Part shown: positions 27,916 to 30,517 of the stretch, one piece after another
Position numbering within the stretch: position 1 is the first letter of the stretch
How the letters are laid out: each line of letters starts with the position of its first letter
Assembly (NCBI GenBank): GCA_031459385.1
Contig: JAVKIP010000026.1
Coordinates: 1-30,517, forward strand
DNA: 30,517 nucleotides
Direction of reading: 5' to 3'
From: Candidatus Fervidifonticultor secundus
Lineage (GTDB): Bacteria; Sysuimicrobiota; Sysuimicrobiia; Sysuimicrobiales; Humicultoraceae
Notes under the pieces: generated by a model
The model's database searches: none
Seen by the model: only the letters and a program-made list of their open reading frames with translations
What the model was told of the DNA's origin: nothing
Translations under genes and position numbers: made by a program

Positions 27916-29472
27916 ATGACCTCGTCCACCATGAGCGCTGCCGAACCCACCGCAGGCCGCTTTTGGTCCGTCATGCGGCACCGGAACTACGCTTTGCTGT
28001 GGACCGGCCAGCTCATCTCGCAGCTGGGCGACCGGCTGCACTGGATGGCGATTTCGCTGTGGGTCTATCAGGAGACGGGGTCGGCGCTGTCGGTGTCGTT
28101 TGCGATTATGGCGCTATTGGTGGGTTCGGCGGTTGTCGGTATACCTGCAGGTGTCCTGGTTGATCGGCTAGATCGCCGCAAAATCTTAATCTACGGTGAC
28201 TTGCTACGCGCCGCTCTGGTGTTTGCAATTCCTGACCTGATGGAACGCAACATAGTCTCAGTGTACGTGGTCCTATTCTTGATATCTTCGGTTACCGCGT
28301 TCTTTCGGCCGGCTATGTTCGCGTCGATTCCGCAATCTGTCCCTCGCGATCGACTGTTGCATGCCAATTCTCTTTTTGCATCCATGGACTCTGGCACCGA
28401 AATAGTAGGACCCGCTCTGGCCGGAATTGTGGTCTCTACCTTGGGGTACAAAGCTGCGCTCTATCTGGATGCTCTTACCTTCTTGATCTCGGGGCTCTTG
28501 GTGAGCAGCTTGAAAATGTCAAGCGGGGATGCGATGCCGCCTGGAGTGAGAAGCGTCAAGTTTAGGGGGTTGATTCGCGCAGCCGTTGAGGGTTTTGAGT
28601 ACATCAGACGGGATAGAATTCAGGTTGCATTGCTCGCCCTGGTGTTCGGTGGCTATTGGGTAGCCGGATTGAACTCCCTTCAGACACCCATGGCGAAGGG
28701 CGTCTTGCGAACGACAGATCAACAGTTTGGCTGGTTCCAAAGCAGTGGAGGGGCCGGCTACGTCGTCGCTTCGCTGCTTTTGGGATGGTTCGGTACGAAT
28801 TTGAGACATGGACAGATTCTAGTGGCTGCCTATGTTCTCTGGGCTCTCGCCGTTGCCGCAGTGGCGCTTTCCGTGAATATTGGGATGTTCGTTGTAGCCA
28901 ACTTTTGGACCGGCTTCGCCAATATGGTAGTCTTCATAAGCGTGGCAACCATTTTGATGGAGTACACACCGGCTGACAGGCTGGGACGCGCGATCACTAC
29001 GAGACAGATCTCCGTTGCTCTGATGCGTGCGACATCGTTAGTGGTGTTTGGGTGGATTGCAGACGCTGTTAATGTGAGATTCTCAATCCTCACAATGGCG
29101 GTTCTGTCTGCTGCCGGAACGTTGCTCGCAGCTCTCAGATTCCCAGCATTATGGAACTACCGCATGGCAGTGACTCCTTCCGCCGCACAACTGCATGTAG
29201 GCGTAGCGAGGTCTTTGGGGCGGCATGCTTTTCCCAGCCTGCTCGCGTATCTTGCGTCGCGTAGCAGTCCTGAGTTTATCGTCAATGAGCAGGTATGGCT
29301 TAGTGCGACATCCCTGGCGATAGTCATTATCGCTTGGCTTCTGTTCATGGTAGTGTTTCCACTTCAGGCCCTCGCCTTGGCTGGCGTCGTAGTTGGGACA
29401 GTACTGGTAGCTGCTGGCGCTCGCCGCCTGATTTGGAGACTTGGTAATCGAGGTAGCAGGAACGAAGCGTAG
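27916..29472 (+). CDS. MFS transporter (DHA3/MefA/EntS-like) with an extra C-terminal membrane segment
   Basis: RNYALLWTGQLISQLGD, motif A GVLVDRLDRRKIL, GPALAG, 12 hydrophobic segments plus two more after about residue 415. Confidence 0.9.
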   Translation: MTSSTMSAAEPTAGRFWSVMRHRNYALLWTGQLISQLGDRLHWMAISLWVYQETGSALSVSFAIMALLVGSAVVGIPAGVLVDRLDRRKILIYGDLLRAALVFAIPDLMERNIVSVYVVLFLISSVTAFFRPAMFASIPQSVPRDRLLHANSLFASMDSGTEIVGPALAGIVVSTLGYKAALYLDALTFLISGLLVSSLKMSSGDAMPPGVRSVKFRGLIRAAVEGFEYIRRDRIQVALLALVFGGYWVAGLNSLQTPMAKGVLRTTDQQFGWFQSSGGAGYVVASLLLGWFGTNLRHGQILVAAYVLWALAVAAVALSVNIGMFVVANFWTGFANMVVFISVATILMEYTPADRLGRAITTRQISVALMRATSLVVFGWIADAVNVRFSILTMAVLSAAGTLLAALRFPALWNYRMAVTPSAAQLHVGVARSLGRHAFPSLLAYLASRSSPEFIVNEQVWLSATSLAIVIIAWLLFMVVFPLQALALAGVVVGTVLVAAGARRLIWRLGNRGSRNEA

Positions 29473-29481
29473 AACCTCTGT

Positions 29482-29521
29482 GGAGCTGTTGCCTCAGCGC
29501 GCAAGGTGGTGAGGTTGCTCC
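29482..29521. terminator. Hairpin just downstream of the MFS gene
   Basis: GGAGC/GCTCC and CCTCA/TGAGG stems, followed by GGTTTG. Confidence 0.35.
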
Positions 29522-29603
29522 GGTTTGATGGAGGGTGAGTCTCTGGAATCCCTACCTGTTCTCACCGCCTTCCCGATGGTTGTTGTCCTTCTCTCCCCCG
29601 ACC

Positions 29604-29812
29604 GTGCCCGCCGGCGTCGCGTCGGTTCGCCGGGATAACTTGGATGGCCTACCCGGCCTCAAGAAACCGCTCCTGAGCGATCCTAGCCCCGGCCGCGGCG
29701 ACCATCCGGGTTTTGGGGACGGCCAGGCCCTGTGTCGGCGGGAGGCAGGAGTGCGAATGCGGACGGCGTATACTCGGAAACAACCGGACCGACAGCCCAG
29801 CAGGCGCGGCAC
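29604..29812. ncRNA. Candidate rod-shaped structured RNA with a central bubble (6S-like architecture, unverified)
   Basis: Nested inverted repeats GTGCC/GGCAC, CGCC/GGCG, GTCGGT/ACCGAC, CCGG/CCGG, CTCCTG/CAGGAG, CCTAGCC/GGCCAGG. Confidence 0.35.
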
Positions 29813-29927
29813 TCCACGCCGCAAAACACGCCGCTGACTCGCCGTGGTCGCCCACGGTCACAGGGCGTATTACTCGCATCCGAGCAGAGCGCCCGTAGTT
29901 AGGGGAGCGTAACTGTAGGGGTGGCGA

Positions 29928-29999
29928 GTGAGGATTGTACGCGCTCTCAGCAACGCGATCGCGCGTGGTCTGTTGATGCATACCGATCGCGAAATCTAG
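29928..29999 (+). CDS. Candidate 23-aa peptide MRIVRALSNAIARGLLMHTDREI
   Basis: GTG start with AGGGGT 5 nt upstream; stops 29 nt before the next ATG. Confidence 0.35.
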   Translation: MRIVRALSNAIARGLLMHTDREI

Positions 30000-30025
30000 C
30001 GCCTGTCGGTCTGGTTTTCTTTTTT
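29982..30025 (+). terminator. Terminator-like hairpin and T-tract immediately before the last gene
   Basis: ACCGA (29982-29986)/TCGGT (30006-30010), then TTTTCTTTTTT (30015-30025). Confidence 0.35.
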
Positions 30026-30028
30026 GAA

Positions 30029-30517
30029 ATGCAGACGATTTCGCGTTCCGTCCAGTGGTTTGCGCTTGCCGTCATTGTGACGGCTGTTCTCGTACTGCTT
30101 GCGTCCGCGAGGTTTGTTCCCTGGCAGTCATGGCCGGAGCTGCTGTTATTCTATGCTGTGATAGTAGTAGCCTATTCCGTTCGGATTCCCGATCCCCGAG
30201 GCGGCGCGGTCACCCCCAGCGATGTGCTTTCGTATCTCGCCGCGTACCTCTTCAATCCGCCAACTGCGTTACTGGTCATTGGGATGGGGCGTACTCTAGG
30301 CTATGTGGTATCTCGCGGTTGGATACCCTGGCGGGCTCTGCTGAACGGAGCCCAAATGGGGATAAGCGTTGCGGTGGGGGCATTTGTGTTTGGCCTCTTG
30401 GGTGGTAGTCCCGGCCATGTTGACTTAAGCGGTGGGTATTTGGCGCTCATTGTCGCGCCGCTCGCGCACCAAGCCACGAATAACTTCTTCTATGCCTACA
30501 GCTTCAGCAGGTGGCGT
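30029..30517 (+). CDS. Multi-pass membrane protein, N-terminal part (MASE9-like sensor region, likely of an HD-GYP/GGDEF protein or kinase); runs off the window
   Basis: Open frame from ATG 30029 to the end: MQTISRSVQWFALAVIVTAVLVLL...RIPDPRGGAVT...FNPPTALLV...WRALLNGAQMGISV...LLGG...; about 6 hydrophobic segments; output domain not visible. Confidence 0.75.
   Translation, partial: MQTISRSVQWFALAVIVTAVLVLLASARFVPWQSWPELLLFYAVIVVAYSVRIPDPRGGAVTPSDVLSYLAAYLFNPPTALLVIGMGRTLGYVVSRGWIPWRALLNGAQMGISVAVGAFVFGLLGGSPGHVDLSGGYLALIVAPLAHQATNNFFYAYSFSRWR

Noticed and set aside
29473..30028. Partial resemblance to c-di-AMP (CCGACAGC...AGGCG, TTTTGGGG), cobalamin (GGGAAGGCGGTGAGAA, minus) and glycine (GGAGAGA, minus) riboswitches
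   Set aside because: Only isolated words match; the other conserved elements are absent or out of order
30055..30408. 117-aa ORF from the track
   Set aside because: Wrong frame; the membrane-protein frame from ATG 30029 stays open to the window end

Overview
High-GC bacterial chromosome segment, inferred to be from a Terrabacteria-type organism. The inference rests on gene order and content (map-KOW protein-infA, rplQ-ecfA-ecfA'-ecfT-truA, an IreB/ReoM gene); an Armatimonadota-related lineage is only a guess. Bases 1-18.7 kb hold the 3' end of tuf and a contiguous S10-spc-alpha ribosomal superoperon with secY, adk, map, infA and rpoA, but no rpmD, followed by an ECF module and truA. In place of the usual rplM-rpsI there is a tRNA(CAT) with an atypical T-loop, then ireB/reoM directly upstream of murA. 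Next come a minus-strand family-5 ABC binding protein plus a beta-hydroxyacid dehydrogenase, tRNA-Val(TAC), a DUF4760-like protein with a basic tail, and a candidate minus-strand sRNA with its own promoter. These are followed by a C4 zinc-ribbon protein, an RNase HI fused to a HicB-like domain, rnpB and namZ. The right end is visibly lower in GC and holds an extended MFS transporter, a ~550-bp structured intergenic region containing small ORFs, and the start of a multi-TM sensor-type protein. Best leads: the tRNA-ireB-murA unit, the RNase HI-HicB fusion, the sRNA at ~24350-24443, and the structured RNA/small-peptide region at 29473-30028. All calls are by eye; no database searches or folding computations were run.
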